DNA of 64,000 nt from Coprobacillus sp. CAG:698 (GTDB lineage Bacteria; Bacillota_I; Bacilli_A; ML615J-28; CAG-698): positions 16,940-80,939 of the forward strand of contig HF988729.1 in assembly GCA_000431235.1 (NCBI GenBank), given 5' to 3'. The notes beneath the pieces are model-generated. The model did no database searches, had not been told where the DNA came from, and worked only from the letters and a program-made list of their open reading frames with translations. The position numbers were made by a program, and so were the translations under genes. Shown in pieces: positions 8,766 to 18,626 of the stretch (positions are counted from its first letter, which is position 1; every line of letters starts with the position of its first letter).

Positions 8766-10283
8766 ATGATAAAAGTTGTTTCAAATGAAAATATGAGGAA
8801 AAGTGACAAGTTCACAATTGAAAGTAAAATATCTAGTCGAGAATTAATGTTTAAAGCTGGGAAAGCTATATATGAAAGTGTTTCTTGGAAAGGTAAAATT
8901 GGCATATGCTGTGGTTGTGGAAATAACGCTGGCGATGGATATGTCTTAGCATCTCTTTTAAAAGAAAGTAATTATGATGTAGACATAATAATACTTTTTG
9001 AAAAGTTTTCAGATGATGGAAAGTATTATTTTAACTTAGCTATAGAAAAACGCGTTAAAGTAATTTGTTTAAATGATAATTATAATAAGGATTTATTTAA
9101 AGAATATGATATATTAGTAGATTGTATTTTTGGAACAGGATTTAAAAATGAGGTTACAGGAAAATACAAAGATGTAATTTCAAAAATTAATGAATCAAAA
9201 AAATATGTTGTTTCTGTAGATATCAATAGTGGGCTAAATGGTGATAATGGATTAGCTAGTTTATGTGTCCATTCTGATCTAACAGTTTCCATAGGTTATT
9301 ATAAATCAGGTCATTTCTTAAATATGGCTAAAGATGTAATGAAAACAAAGATTAATCGAGAAATAGGTATAGAATTAATTGAAAATGCTTATGAATTGAT
9401 TGAGGCAAATGATATTAAGAATTTATTTTTAAAACGTAAAAATTATTCTAATAAATCAACATATGGATATATTGTCTTAATAGGAGGTTCTAAAGACTAT
9501 AGCGGTTCTATTAGACTTTCACTTATGGCAAATTGCGCAATGAGAAGTGGAGCTGGAGTTGTAACAGTTGCTGTTCCCGAAAGCATAGAGGCAGTCTTAT
9601 CACCAAAAATACTAGAAAGTACAATTCTTTGTATGAAAGACATTGATGGGCACATTAAATTTGACAAAGAAGTTTTAGATAAAATAATGGCTAAAAATAG
9701 AGTTATTGCTTTTGGAATGGGCATAAAGAATAATCAAGATACAAAGGAAAGTTTAGAGTACTTGCTTGAAAATTACACTAAAACACTAATAATAGATGCT
9801 GATGGATTAAATGCTTTAGCAGAAAGTAACTCTAATCTATTACAAAATGCTAAATGTAAAGTTATTCTTACTCCTCATATAAAAGAATTTTCAAGACTAA
9901 CAAAACTAGAAATTAAGGAAATAAGTCAAAATCCAGTTGCTCATGCTACTGACTATGCAAAAAACAATAAAGTCATAGTTCTTTTAAAAGGACCGACAAC
10001 AATCATAACAGATGGTGAAAAAGTGTACTTAGTTGATAAGGGTTGTGCTGGAATGGCAACAGCTGGAAGTGGAGATGTTTTAAGTGGTATCTTGGCATCA
10101 ATTGCCAGTTATAACGAAAATGACTTATTGCTCGCAACTGCAGGAGCAGCCTATATAAATGGTTTAGCTGGTGAACTTGCTCAAGAAGAGTATGGTGATA
10201 TTTCAATGATTGCTAGTGACACTGTCAATAAAATAGGAAAAGCAATCAAAATGGTGAGAACATGTACAAATCTAAACAAATGA
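8766..10283 (+). CDS. nnr: bifunctional NAD(P)H-hydrate epimerase / ADP-dependent dehydratase
   Basis: YjeF-N motif GCGNNAGDGYV plus a C-terminal carbohydrate-kinase motif AGSGDVLSG. Confidence 0.85.
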   Translation: MIKVVSNENMRKSDKFTIESKISSRELMFKAGKAIYESVSWKGKIGICCGCGNNAGDGYVLASLLKESNYDVDIIILFEKFSDDGKYYFNLAIEKRVKVICLNDNYNKDLFKEYDILVDCIFGTGFKNEVTGKYKDVISKINESKKYVVSVDINSGLNGDNGLASLCVHSDLTVSIGYYKSGHFLNMAKDVMKTKINREIGIELIENAYELIEANDIKNLFLKRKNYSNKSTYGYIVLIGGSKDYSGSIRLSLMANCAMRSGAGVVTVAVPESIEAVLSPKILESTILCMKDIDGHIKFDKEVLDKIMAKNRVIAFGMGIKNNQDTKESLEYLLENYTKTLIIDADGLNALAESNSNLLQNAKCKVILTPHIKEFSRLTKLEIKEISQNPVAHATDYAKNNKVIVLLKGPTTIITDGEKVYLVDKGCAGMATAGSGDVLSGILASIASYNENDLLLATAGAAYINGLAGELAQEEYGDISMIASDTVNKIGKAIKMVRTCTNLNK

Positions 10284-10372
10284 GTGAAATTTGTATTTGT
10301 AATAATTTGGCACAAGAATTAAAATATATTTATCAATAAAACGAAAATAATAATAAATATAGGAGTAAAATT

Positions 10373-10954
10373 ATGAATAGTATTAAAAAGTTATTTCAAA
10401 AGTTTAAAGTTGAAAGTATTGTAAGTGCGGTTTTCGCAATTATCTTAGGTATTCTATTTGTTGCTATGCCAAATAGTTCAGCAAATGCCTTATGTACAGT
10501 TTCTGGCGTATTCTTCATTATAACTGGTTTAACGTTAATAATGGCTTTTGTTGCTGGTGGATTTTTCTTTGGTGGACATTTACTTATTTTAGGAATAGCA
10601 TTATTAATATGTGGTGCTTTTACATTGTCATATCCTAATGAATTTAAAGATCTGATTAAAATAATATTTGGTATTTACATAATAGTAGATGGAACAACAA
10701 GTCTTGTTGATAGTATCTATTGTGCAAGAGCAAAAATCAGAGGTTGGTTTGTCTTGACAATTATCTCATTTCTTTCTATAATACTAGGATCTATCTTAAT
10801 GCTTGCAACATTTGAAACAATAGTAATTTTTATGGGATGTGCTTTAATAATTGATGGAATCTGTGACCTGATTGAAATATTAGTCTTCAGTAAAAAAGTT
10901 AGAGAAGCAAAGAAAAGATTACTTGATAGTCATGAAACAATATATATTGACTAA
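10373..10954 (+). CDS. HdeD/DUF308 family membrane protein
   Basis: 193 aa, six hydrophobic helices with repeated G-rich DUF308-like segments. RBS AGGAG. Confidence 0.6.
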   Translation: MNSIKKLFQKFKVESIVSAVFAIILGILFVAMPNSSANALCTVSGVFFIITGLTLIMAFVAGGFFFGGHLLILGIALLICGAFTLSYPNEFKDLIKIIFGIYIIVDGTTSLVDSIYCARAKIRGWFVLTIISFLSIILGSILMLATFETIVIFMGCALIIDGICDLIEILVFSKKVREAKKRLLDSHETIYID

Positions 10955-10960
10955 AAAATG

Positions 10961-10992
10961 ACATAAGGAAAAACCTTATGTTTTTATTTTTT
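10961..10992 (+). terminator. rho-independent terminator
   Basis: ACATAAGG-aaaaa-CCTTATGT followed by a T-run. Confidence 0.7.
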
Positions 10993-11104
10993 TAAAAAAA
11001 ATTAATTTTTTAGAATATTTTTTAAAATTTTTGTGTTATGTATAATGTAAAGAGAAAAAGGAGAATTATCAAGAGTTACTATTGATATTAATCCAAGCAT
11101 TGAG

Positions 11105-12187
11105 ATGATGGTTGATGAAGATCAAAAAGTTTTATCTGTATCAGCACTTAACGATGATGGAAGCATAATCATCAGTGGTGAAGAAATCGTCGGAAAAGAT
11201 GTTGAAGAAGCAACAAAATTAATTCTTGAATTAAGCACAGAAACAGGCTATATAGTTAAAGGTGAAATTACTAGTACTGATAACACTATAAATATTACCG
11301 TATCAGGAAATACTGAATATGCAGAAAAGCTTGCTAATAAGATTATTGATAGCGGAAACAAAGCTTTAGAAAAACTAGGAATTGAAGCTAAACTAAATAA
11401 AGTTAAAGCTATGGCTGTTGCTGAACTTAAAAAATTAGTTTTAGAAAATTCAACATTCACAGAAGCAGAAGTTGAAGCTATGACTGAGGAAGAATTACTA
11501 AAAGCATTAGTAGTTGGCAGAATGGAAACAGCAATATTAATTTCTGAAGACTTAAAGAAAGTATACTTTGAAGCGAAAGCATATGAAATTAAATTTGCCG
11601 AAAAAGAAGCAACAAAAAAAATAATTAAAGAAATTGATGGAGTTTCGCAAATACTTGTTGGAACTTATAGTACATTACTAACTGGTTATCGTGAATTTAT
11701 AACTTCTTTAGAAGATTTAAAATACGATACTCTAATTTCTCCAGACTCAGAATATCAAATTTTATTAGCTAAAGTACGAGAAGCAAAAGCTAAATATTTA
11801 GAACAAAGAAGTTTTGTTTTAACATTAGAAGCTGGTGATGTGAAAGTTAAAGCCGAAGTAGAATTAAACAATTTAAAGAAAGCATATGAAGATTTAGAAA
11901 AATTATTAGTTGAATGTGGAAACGCTGCTGTTAAAAGCTTTGATTACACAATCAATAAATTAAAAGAAGCCGAAGTTGCCTTGACAGAAGTAGAGAACAA
12001 ATTAAAAAGTGTAGATGTAGAGAAAGTATTGACGGAAAAAACACAAGAAATCGAAAATGTGATTAATAGTACAAAAAATGAGTTCTTCGATAAATTTGAA
12101 AAAGCTCACAAAGAAGATATCGAAAAAGTAGAAGCAGACTTCATAGCTAAAAAAGAAGAACTTAAAAAGTCAATAATCGCAAAGTAA
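11105..12187 (+). CDS. coiled-coil protein, paralogue of the ectodomain of the anti-sigma-like protein at 12757; N-terminally truncated or with a non-canonical start
   Basis: The frame is open from 11051. The conserved module (R)VTIDINPSIEMMVDEDQKVLSVSALNDDG begins upstream of the first ATG. There is no TM segment. The rest is E/K/A-rich helical sequence. Confidence 0.55.
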   Translation: MMVDEDQKVLSVSALNDDGSIIISGEEIVGKDVEEATKLILELSTETGYIVKGEITSTDNTINITVSGNTEYAEKLANKIIDSGNKALEKLGIEAKLNKVKAMAVAELKKLVLENSTFTEAEVEAMTEEELLKALVVGRMETAILISEDLKKVYFEAKAYEIKFAEKEATKKIIKEIDGVSQILVGTYSTLLTGYREFITSLEDLKYDTLISPDSEYQILLAKVREAKAKYLEQRSFVLTLEAGDVKVKAEVELNNLKKAYEDLEKLLVECGNAAVKSFDYTINKLKEAEVALTEVENKLKSVDVEKVLTEKTQEIENVINSTKNEFFDKFEKAHKEDIEKVEADFIAKKEELKKSIIAK

Positions 12188-12260
12188 CTAAAAAATGTTA
12201 ACAGTTATTGCTATTTTGTGATATAATTATCGTAATTAGTCACTGAAAGGATAGCAACTG

Positions 12261-12743
12261 ATGAATAGTTTTCATGAAAGATTAAAAAACAAAGATGAAG
12301 AAGCTTTTGAAAAACTATATGATAAATATGTAAAACTTGTTTATCACATAACATATTCATACACAAGGTGTAAAGAAGATGCAGAAGACTTAACAATTGA
12401 GGTCTTTACAAAAGTTTATAATAATTTAGATAAATATGAAGAACGACAAAAACTAAAAGAATGGATTAGTGAAATTGCTAGAAATACAGCTTTAAACTTT
12501 GTTACTCGTAATAAAATGAAAGATGTAATCTTTGACGATGAAGTTGTTGATAGTGTTCATTCCTATGATAGTACTCATACCGAGTTAATTGATTTGTTTG
12601 AGAAAAGATTAGATAATGAAACAAAACAAATAATGATCATGAAATTTATTTATAATTATACTTTTAAAGAAATTGCAAAAGTGAACAATATGACTTTAGG
12701 AAAGGTTCAAGGATTATACTATGATGGAATAGAAAAATTATGA
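12261..12743 (+). CDS. ECF-type RNA polymerase sigma factor (sigma-70 regions 2 and 4)
   Basis: 160 aa. Region 2 reads EDLTIEVFTKVYNNLDKY...WISEIARNTALNF. The region 4 HTH reads YTFKEIAKVNNMTLGKVQGLYYDG. Confidence 0.8.
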   Translation: MNSFHERLKNKDEEAFEKLYDKYVKLVYHITYSYTRCKEDAEDLTIEVFTKVYNNLDKYEERQKLKEWISEIARNTALNFVTRNKMKDVIFDDEVVDSVHSYDSTHTELIDLFEKRLDNETKQIMIMKFIYNYTFKEIAKVNNMTLGKVQGLYYDGIEKL

Positions 12744-12756
12744 AAGGAGCTTAAAA

Positions 12757-14085
12757 ATGGATAAACTTGAAAAAAATATTAAAGAATCTTTAAATGATAA
12801 ATTTATAGAAAAAAATCCAAGTGATGACATCAAAAAGCGCCTTTTTAGTAGACTTGGATTGCAAGTGAAACAAAAAAAGTTTTCTAAAAGTAACTTGATT
12901 AAATTATGTACATCGTTTGCTTGTCTTGTTCTAGTAATTATTTGTTCAATTTTAATCTTTTCAAATGACAATGTGAATACTCTTAAGTATGAAGCGATTA
13001 TCCAAATAGACGTTAATCCTAGTGTTGAATTTGTCGTTGATGATAGTGATAAAGTCTTATCAGTAAAAGGATTAAATGATGACGGAAAATTAATTCTAAC
13101 AGATGAAGAATTTGAGAACTTATCATTAAAAGATGCTGTCAGTAAACTTTTAAATCTTGAAGAAAAAACAAATTTTCTTTCAGAAACTAATAAAAATGTT
13201 GCTCAAACCTTAACAATAGAAAACAAAGGTGTTGAAGAAGTACTTACTAATAAGCTAAATCAAATTCTCAAAAGTACTCAAAATAATTTATCTACAAATA
13301 TAGAGATAAAATTCAATACAAGTAAATCAATTGAAGATTTAAAAGATTATGTAAATTCTATTGATATAATTAAAAATGTTCAGGACTTACAATATAGTGA
13401 ACTAATTGGAATTGTAAGAAAGTATCACGAAGACGTTAGAACGTTAGATAGTATTGCTCTTGAGAATTTATATTTAAAGTCAAAAACAGAATACTTTGAA
13501 GAGCTAAAAGAAAATAAAATAAAAGAACTTGTAAATGATTTAGATGATTCATATAAAACACAAATAGATAGATATAATAAGTTATATTTACTTGTAAAGG
13601 AAACATATAATAATTTACAAGCAACATATGAAAGTTTGTATGTAGATAATAATTCTCCTTACAAAATGGCTTTAAAAGACTTAGAAGAAGTGAAAGATGA
13701 AATAGCTCTACAAGAGAAAAAAGTTGAAGAAGCTAGAAAAGGTTCATCGTATTACATTTTGAAGAAAGAAGAAGCAATTTTAGAACGCTTAAAATATAAA
13801 TATGAAATATGCTCAGCAGCTTTAGAATATCAAGAACAGATAGCAAGTGAAGCTTATGAATATATATCTAATGAACTTGAAGAACTTTTAAAAGAACTTA
13901 AAGATGTCAAAGAATCACTTCCAGAGTCAATAAAGAATATAAAACTTTCAGACATTATAGATACAGAAGAAAAAGAGAAAGAATGTGAAGAAAGTATTAA
14001 AAGTACTTTTATCACAAAGTATCAAAATGATATAGATAACGCTAGAAAAGAAAAGTTAGAGAGAAAAGAATCATTAATAAATTAG
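12757..14085 (+). CDS. membrane-anchored anti-sigma-like protein with an extracytoplasmic coiled-coil domain
   Basis: Starts 14 nt after the sigma gene stop. Single TM (LIKLCTSFACLVLVIICSILIF), then the module IDVNPSVEFVVDDSDKVLSVKGLNDDG, then a long helical region. Confidence 0.6.
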   Translation: MDKLEKNIKESLNDKFIEKNPSDDIKKRLFSRLGLQVKQKKFSKSNLIKLCTSFACLVLVIICSILIFSNDNVNTLKYEAIIQIDVNPSVEFVVDDSDKVLSVKGLNDDGKLILTDEEFENLSLKDAVSKLLNLEEKTNFLSETNKNVAQTLTIENKGVEEVLTNKLNQILKSTQNNLSTNIEIKFNTSKSIEDLKDYVNSIDIIKNVQDLQYSELIGIVRKYHEDVRTLDSIALENLYLKSKTEYFEELKENKIKELVNDLDDSYKTQIDRYNKLYLLVKETYNNLQATYESLYVDNNSPYKMALKDLEEVKDEIALQEKKVEEARKGSSYYILKKEEAILERLKYKYEICSAALEYQEQIASEAYEYISNELEELLKELKDVKESLPESIKNIKLSDIIDTEEKEKECEESIKSTFITKYQNDIDNARKEKLERKESLIN

Positions 14086-14137
14086 TAGATAATATATCTT
14101 AAAATAATAACCATTGTGGCCTCCAGCCCAACAAAGA

Positions 14138-14168
14138 AACGTTAGTTTTTATAATTAACGTTTTTTTG
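14138..14168 (+). terminator. rho-independent terminator
   Basis: AACGTTA-loop-TAACGTT followed by a T-run. Confidence 0.55.
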
Positions 14169-14322
14169 TTATATTAAATTATAGGAAATAATAAACTGAT
14201 AAAATAGATATTAAGAGTATAAAAATGTTATTATTTTGAAGACAATATGGAAATATTATACAAAAATAGAAAAAAATTAATTAGATATAATCATAAATTA
14301 AATATAGATATAATTATATAAC

Positions 14323-14351
14323 TTGAAAAAAAAGAAAAAAAATGTTATAAT
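14323..14351 (+). promoter_or_regulatory. promoter of the V-ATPase operon (TTGAAA-17-TGtTATAAT)
   Basis: TTGAAA 14323-14328, 17-nt spacer, extended -10 TGtTATAAT ending 14351. Confidence 0.5.
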
Positions 14352-14384
14352 AGTTTAGTATGCGTAAAAAAGGTGGTGAAAACA

Positions 14385-14693
14385 ATGTCTATCATCGAAA
14401 AGATTAAAGTGACTGAGGAAAAGGCTGATAAAATAAGAGAAGAAGCCTCTTTAGAAGTTTCTAAAATGCTTGATGAAGTTAACTTAAAAAACAAAGAGTT
14501 AGTAAAGAATATGTATGAGGCTGCTAAGAAAAGCATTGAATTAGAATATAAGAATACACTTAATCAAATTGAAAAGATTAAAGAATCAAAATTAGATGAA
14601 TGTCAAAAGATTAACGACTCAAATAGGAAAATCGCGAAAGCCCACCTAAATGAAACTGTTGATTTCATTTTAAAGAAGGTGATTGATTCGTGA
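14385..14693 (+). CDS. V-type ATPase small peripheral-stalk subunit (G-like; NtpF position in E. hirae)
   Basis: First gene of the ntp-like operon. About 100-aa charged helical protein. ATG 14385 follows RBS AAGGTGGTGA. Confidence 0.6.
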   Translation: MSIIEKIKVTEEKADKIREEASLEVSKMLDEVNLKNKELVKNMYEAAKKSIELEYKNTLNQIEKIKESKLDECQKINDSNRKIAKAHLNETVDFILKKVIDS

Positions 14694-16570
14694 TTGTTCC
14701 AATGAAAAAAGTTCAAATTGCTGTATTCAAGGAAGATTTTGATAAGGTAATTAAATCTTTACAACGATTTGAACTTATGATGATAATAAATAAAGAAGGT
14801 GGAGATGCTTCTATTTCTCTTGATCTTAATGAAGCTTTGCAACAAAGAGTTACAAAGACATTAGCCCTTGTAAAGAAATATGAAGAAAAGAAGCCACTAT
14901 TTGATTATCAAGTTGCAGATTATAATGAGTTTAAAGAAGTGTCTAAAGAAAGTCTAGACTTACTTGAGAAGCTTGAGAAGTTTATTAGTAGAAACGATGA
15001 AATTAAGCAAATAATTAAAGGGAAAAATGAAACTCTTGAAAATCTCAAACTTTGGTTAGAATTAGAATATTTGCCTGAGGAAGTAAAAGATACAAAATAT
15101 GCGAAAACGTATATTGGTTACGTACCAAGTCGAAGTCTTGAGAGATTTACTGAAGAAGCAAAGAAGGATGGCTTTGACTATCAAGTTTATGGTAAAAATA
15201 GTCAATTTGCTGCTGTTATGGTTTTTTGCTATTATGAAGACAATGACAGTTTACAAGAATTATTGAAAAAATATGAGTTTACTGATTTCACACTTCCTAA
15301 GATTGATTGTAAAATCAAAGAGTATTATGACAAGATTATTAAAGAAATTGATGAACTAAATGATGAATATATTGCAAATTTAAATACAATTAAAGAGTAC
15401 GTAAAAAGAAGTGATGAACTTAGAGTATTAAGCGACCAAATTCTTACTCAAGAAGAAATCAATAACGTTAGATGTGATGTTACTGAAGAAACTAAAGTTA
15501 TCGAAGGCTGGGTAAGAGATTATGAAAAGGATCAAGTTGAAAAAGCTATCAAAGAAGTAACAGATGACTATATCCTTGAGATTACTGATCCAGAAGATGG
15601 TGACGCTGTTCCAACTTATACAAAGAACAAAAAGTTTCCTTCACAATTTGAACAAGTTACTGATATGTTTTCTAAGCCAAATTATCATGAGGTTGATCCT
15701 AACCCTGTGATGTCAGTTTGGTATTGGTTCTTGTTTGGAATGATGATGGGAGATGCTGGATATGGACTACTTATGATTGTTGCAGCTTTCATTTTTAGAA
15801 AGTTAGCAAAACCTAAAGGAAACACTTTAAAACTAGTTAATATAATTATGTATTCTGGTGTTCCAACAATTTTTTGGGGAATAATTTTTGGAAGTTATTT
15901 TGGATTTAATCCTCAAACTGATTTTGGAATATCTTGGTGGTGGTACTGGTTTGCTCCAATGGATAATCCAATCAAGATGTTAATTGTGTCAGTCGCAGTT
16001 GGAGCATTACACTTAATTACAGGACTAATTGTGAAGTGCGTTATATGTGTAAGAGAAAAAGATTATATAGAATTATTTTCTAAAAATCTAAGTTGGATAC
16101 TTATTCTATCGGGAATAGGTTTATATTTTATTTCTAATATGGCTGGAATTATATGTGCTGGTCTAGGCGTTGCACTAATCCTATTATTTGCTGGCGCTCG
16201 AAAAAAATCGATTTTTGGAAAAGCATTCTTTGGGATACTAGGTTTATATGATGTAACAAGCTATCTAGGAGATGTTTTATCTTATTCAAGAATTATGGCC
16301 TTAGCGATGTCAAGTGCTGCCGTTGCTATGGTTATGAATACTTTAGCAAACATGGTTGGTGGTTCTGTTGTAGGAATGTTTGCCGCAGCATTAATATTTG
16401 TTGCTGGACATATATTTAACATTGTTTTAGGACTATTATCAGCTTATGTTCACGATGCAAGACTTCAATATATTGAATTCTTCGGAAAATTCTTTGAAGG
16501 TGGAGGCATAGACTTCAAACCTTTATCTATTAAAACAAAATATTTAAAAGATGTTATAAATACAAAATAA
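14690..16570 (+). CDS. ntpI: V-type ATPase subunit I (a-subunit)
   Basis: 626 aa with a soluble N-half and a polytopic C-half. GTG start overlaps the upstream TGA (GTGA). Confidence 0.85.
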   Translation: MIVPMKKVQIAVFKEDFDKVIKSLQRFELMMIINKEGGDASISLDLNEALQQRVTKTLALVKKYEEKKPLFDYQVADYNEFKEVSKESLDLLEKLEKFISRNDEIKQIIKGKNETLENLKLWLELEYLPEEVKDTKYAKTYIGYVPSRSLERFTEEAKKDGFDYQVYGKNSQFAAVMVFCYYEDNDSLQELLKKYEFTDFTLPKIDCKIKEYYDKIIKEIDELNDEYIANLNTIKEYVKRSDELRVLSDQILTQEEINNVRCDVTEETKVIEGWVRDYEKDQVEKAIKEVTDDYILEITDPEDGDAVPTYTKNKKFPSQFEQVTDMFSKPNYHEVDPNPVMSVWYWFLFGMMMGDAGYGLLMIVAAFIFRKLAKPKGNTLKLVNIIMYSGVPTIFWGIIFGSYFGFNPQTDFGISWWWYWFAPMDNPIKMLIVSVAVGALHLITGLIVKCVICVREKDYIELFSKNLSWILILSGIGLYFISNMAGIICAGLGVALILLFAGARKKSIFGKAFFGILGLYDVTSYLGDVLSYSRIMALAMSSAAVAMVMNTLANMVGGSVVGMFAAALIFVAGHIFNIVLGLLSAYVHDARLQYIEFFGKFFEGGGIDFKPLSIKTKYLKDVINTK

Positions 16571-16589
16571 AAAAAGGAGATATTTTTAT

Positions 16590-17063
16590 ATGACAATCGG
16601 AACAATTATTGCTCTTGTCGGAGCAGCATTAGGAACTATTTTACCTGGTATTGGATCAATACTTGGTGTACAAATGTGTGGAAAAGCATCTGCTGGTGTT
16701 ACAGCTGAAAAACCTGAATTATTTGGTAAATTATTAGTATTACAAATTCTTCCTGGTACACAAGGATTATATGGATTCTTAGCATCATTCTTATTTATGA
16801 TTACAACTGGTATGATTAGTGGTGATGCTGAAGCATTTGCTATGAGTACTTCAAGAGGATGGGCTTTCCTTGCTGCTTTCTTACCAATCACTATTAATGG
16901 TTTAATTTCTGCAATCTTCCAAGGTAAAGTTGCATTAGCTGGTATTATGATGACTGCAAAACAACCTGATGCTTCAGGTAAAGGTATTACTATGGCAGTT
17001 TTAATTGAAACATATGCCATTCTTTCATTAATCGTTAGTATAATGTTAATATTTGCAATTTAA
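16590..17063 (+). CDS. ntpK: V-type ATPase proteolipid subunit K (double-hairpin c subunit)
   Basis: 157 aa. Near-identical motifs to E. hirae NtpK: LPGTQGLYGF, FQGKVA, IETYAIL. Confidence 0.9.
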   Translation: MTIGTIIALVGAALGTILPGIGSILGVQMCGKASAGVTAEKPELFGKLLVLQILPGTQGLYGFLASFLFMITTGMISGDAEAFAMSTSRGWAFLAAFLPITINGLISAIFQGKVALAGIMMTAKQPDASGKGITMAVLIETYAILSLIVSIMLIFAI

Positions 17064-17095
17064 TAAGTCGTTAGAATAAACGCAAGGAGAGATCA

Positions 17096-17665
17096 GTGTA
17101 TAATAAGATAATTGAAAAAGCAGAGGCTGAAGCTTCAAGAATTAAAGAAAATGGTGAATTAAAAGCAAGGAAATTAACAGATGAATTGCTTAATGAGACA
17201 CAAGAAAAGATTAATCAAATGGTTGATGAAGCTAAGATTAAAAATGCTGACCTCATCAAAACAAAAACAGCTGAATTTGATCAAACATTAAAACAACAAG
17301 TTTTATCAAACCAAAAAGAATTAATCAAGGAAACATTTGATTATGCATTAGAAAAACTAGTGAAAATGAATGATGAAGAACTTAGAAAATTTATAATAAT
17401 TTCTCTACATAAATCAGGTCTTACTGGTGATGTTGTTCTAAAGGTAAATAAAGATGATTATAATAGATATTATAATATTATCAAAAAAGTGTCTTTTGAT
17501 AATATGAAATTAACACTAAGTTCAGAATCAGCGAATATAAAAGGTGGATTTATTATCGAAGGTAAATACTTCGATTTAGACAATTCTTACGAAGTAATCT
17601 TAAAGAATTTAAGTGAAGAATTAGAAACAAAAATTGCACAAATGCTTTTTAAAAATGAGGCATAA
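17096..17665 (+). CDS. ntpE: V-type ATPase subunit E
   Basis: GTG start 5 nt after RBS AAGGAGA. Charged N-terminal helix plus a globular C-terminus. Operon position matches. Confidence 0.75.
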   Translation: MYNKIIEKAEAEASRIKENGELKARKLTDELLNETQEKINQMVDEAKIKNADLIKTKTAEFDQTLKQQVLSNQKELIKETFDYALEKLVKMNDEELRKFIIISLHKSGLTGDVVLKVNKDDYNRYYNIIKKVSFDNMKLTLSSESANIKGGFIIEGKYFDLDNSYEVILKNLSEELETKIAQMLFKNEA

Positions 17666-17667
17666 CT

Positions 17668-18588
17668 ATGAATTATCCTTATGCAAATGGAATTATAAGT
17701 GTAATTGAAAACAAAGTTCTAGATCGTAATAAGTTATATGTTCTTTCAAAATATGAGAAAAAAGAATTTATCAAAGTCCTTTTAGCAATGAATTATGGAG
17801 GCAGTGGTGAGACTCTTGAGGACCTAATTGCTTCTGAAAATAATCGTGTAAAAGATTTGCTTAAAGAAATTTCTCCTAAAAAAGAAGATACTAATTTATT
17901 CTATTTAGTAAATGATGCACAAAATATAAAGATTTTATACAAAATAAAAGTGTATAACTTAGACAAATATGATTTGTTATCAGAAAATGGAACAATGGAT
18001 TTAGAAATTTTATCACAAGCTATAATTGACAATAATTTTACAAATGCACCTAAGAGGTTAAAAGAATTAGTTACCAAAATTAATAGTCACCTAACAGATG
18101 ATATAAATCCTAAAAACTTAAGTTCTCTTATTGATAATTCAATATATAGTTATGCAATTAAAGCAACTAATAATCACATTTTAAAGAAGTACTTGACTTA
18201 TCGTATAGATTTCAACAATGTGATTTCTATGTTACGTAGTAAAAACTTAAATTGGAATAAAAGTGAATATTTTAAAATGTTTTTAGATAATGGTTCAATT
18301 TCTAAAAATGTTTTAGAAAACGTTTATGAAGCCTCTAAAGAAGAATTGATAAAATGTTTAGAAGTATTTTATGATGGCAAAATCAGCAAGGTTTTGAAAA
18401 AAATAACTTCCCTTGATGAATGTCAATTGGAATTCGAACGTTTAATGCTTGAGTTAATGAAAGAATATAAAAATGAGCCTTTAAATATAGGTCCAGTAAT
18501 ATATTACTATTTACTTAAACAGGCAGAAGCCCAAAACATAAGAATTTTATATTCACTTGATAAAGTAGATATAAAGGATTTACTTTAA
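17668..18588 (+). CDS. ntpC: V-type ATPase subunit C (d-type)
   Basis: 306 aa. Operon position and size match. Confidence 0.75.
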   Translation: MNYPYANGIISVIENKVLDRNKLYVLSKYEKKEFIKVLLAMNYGGSGETLEDLIASENNRVKDLLKEISPKKEDTNLFYLVNDAQNIKILYKIKVYNLDKYDLLSENGTMDLEILSQAIIDNNFTNAPKRLKELVTKINSHLTDDINPKNLSSLIDNSIYSYAIKATNNHILKKYLTYRIDFNNVISMLRSKNLNWNKSEYFKMFLDNGSISKNVLENVYEASKEELIKCLEVFYDGKISKVLKKITSLDECQLEFERLMLELMKEYKNEPLNIGPVIYYYLLKQAEAQNIRILYSLDKVDIKDLL

Positions 18589-18626
18589 AAATATTAAATA
18601 ATTTATTCTAGAAAGCAGGTGAAAGA

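Noticed and set aside
12211-12396. 61-aa minus-strand ORF overlapping the ECF sigma promoter and start.
   Set aside because: It is antisense to a well-supported sigma gene and to its TTAACA-18-TGaTATAAT promoter (12198-12227), and it has no RBS.
14108-14136. GC-rich patch (CCATTGTGGCCTCCAGCCCAACAA) in an otherwise AT-rich intergenic region, considered as a tRNA fragment, att site or repeat-element remnant.
   Set aside because: It forms only a short bulged hairpin (TTGTGG/CCAACAA). I found no second copy in the window and no tRNA-like arms, so there is not enough evidence for any call.
16586-17020. Long antisense ORFs in the six-frame track. Examples: 16586-17020, 56736-56960, 57360-57593, 58129-58437, 58642-58932, 24088-24297, 38292-38591 and 46582-46845.
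   Set aside because: All lie fully inside strongly conserved sense genes (ntpK, rplK, rplA, rplJ, rplL, ABC SBP, antiporter, mutS-like). They lack RBSs and have low-complexity composition, so they are mirror-frame artefacts.
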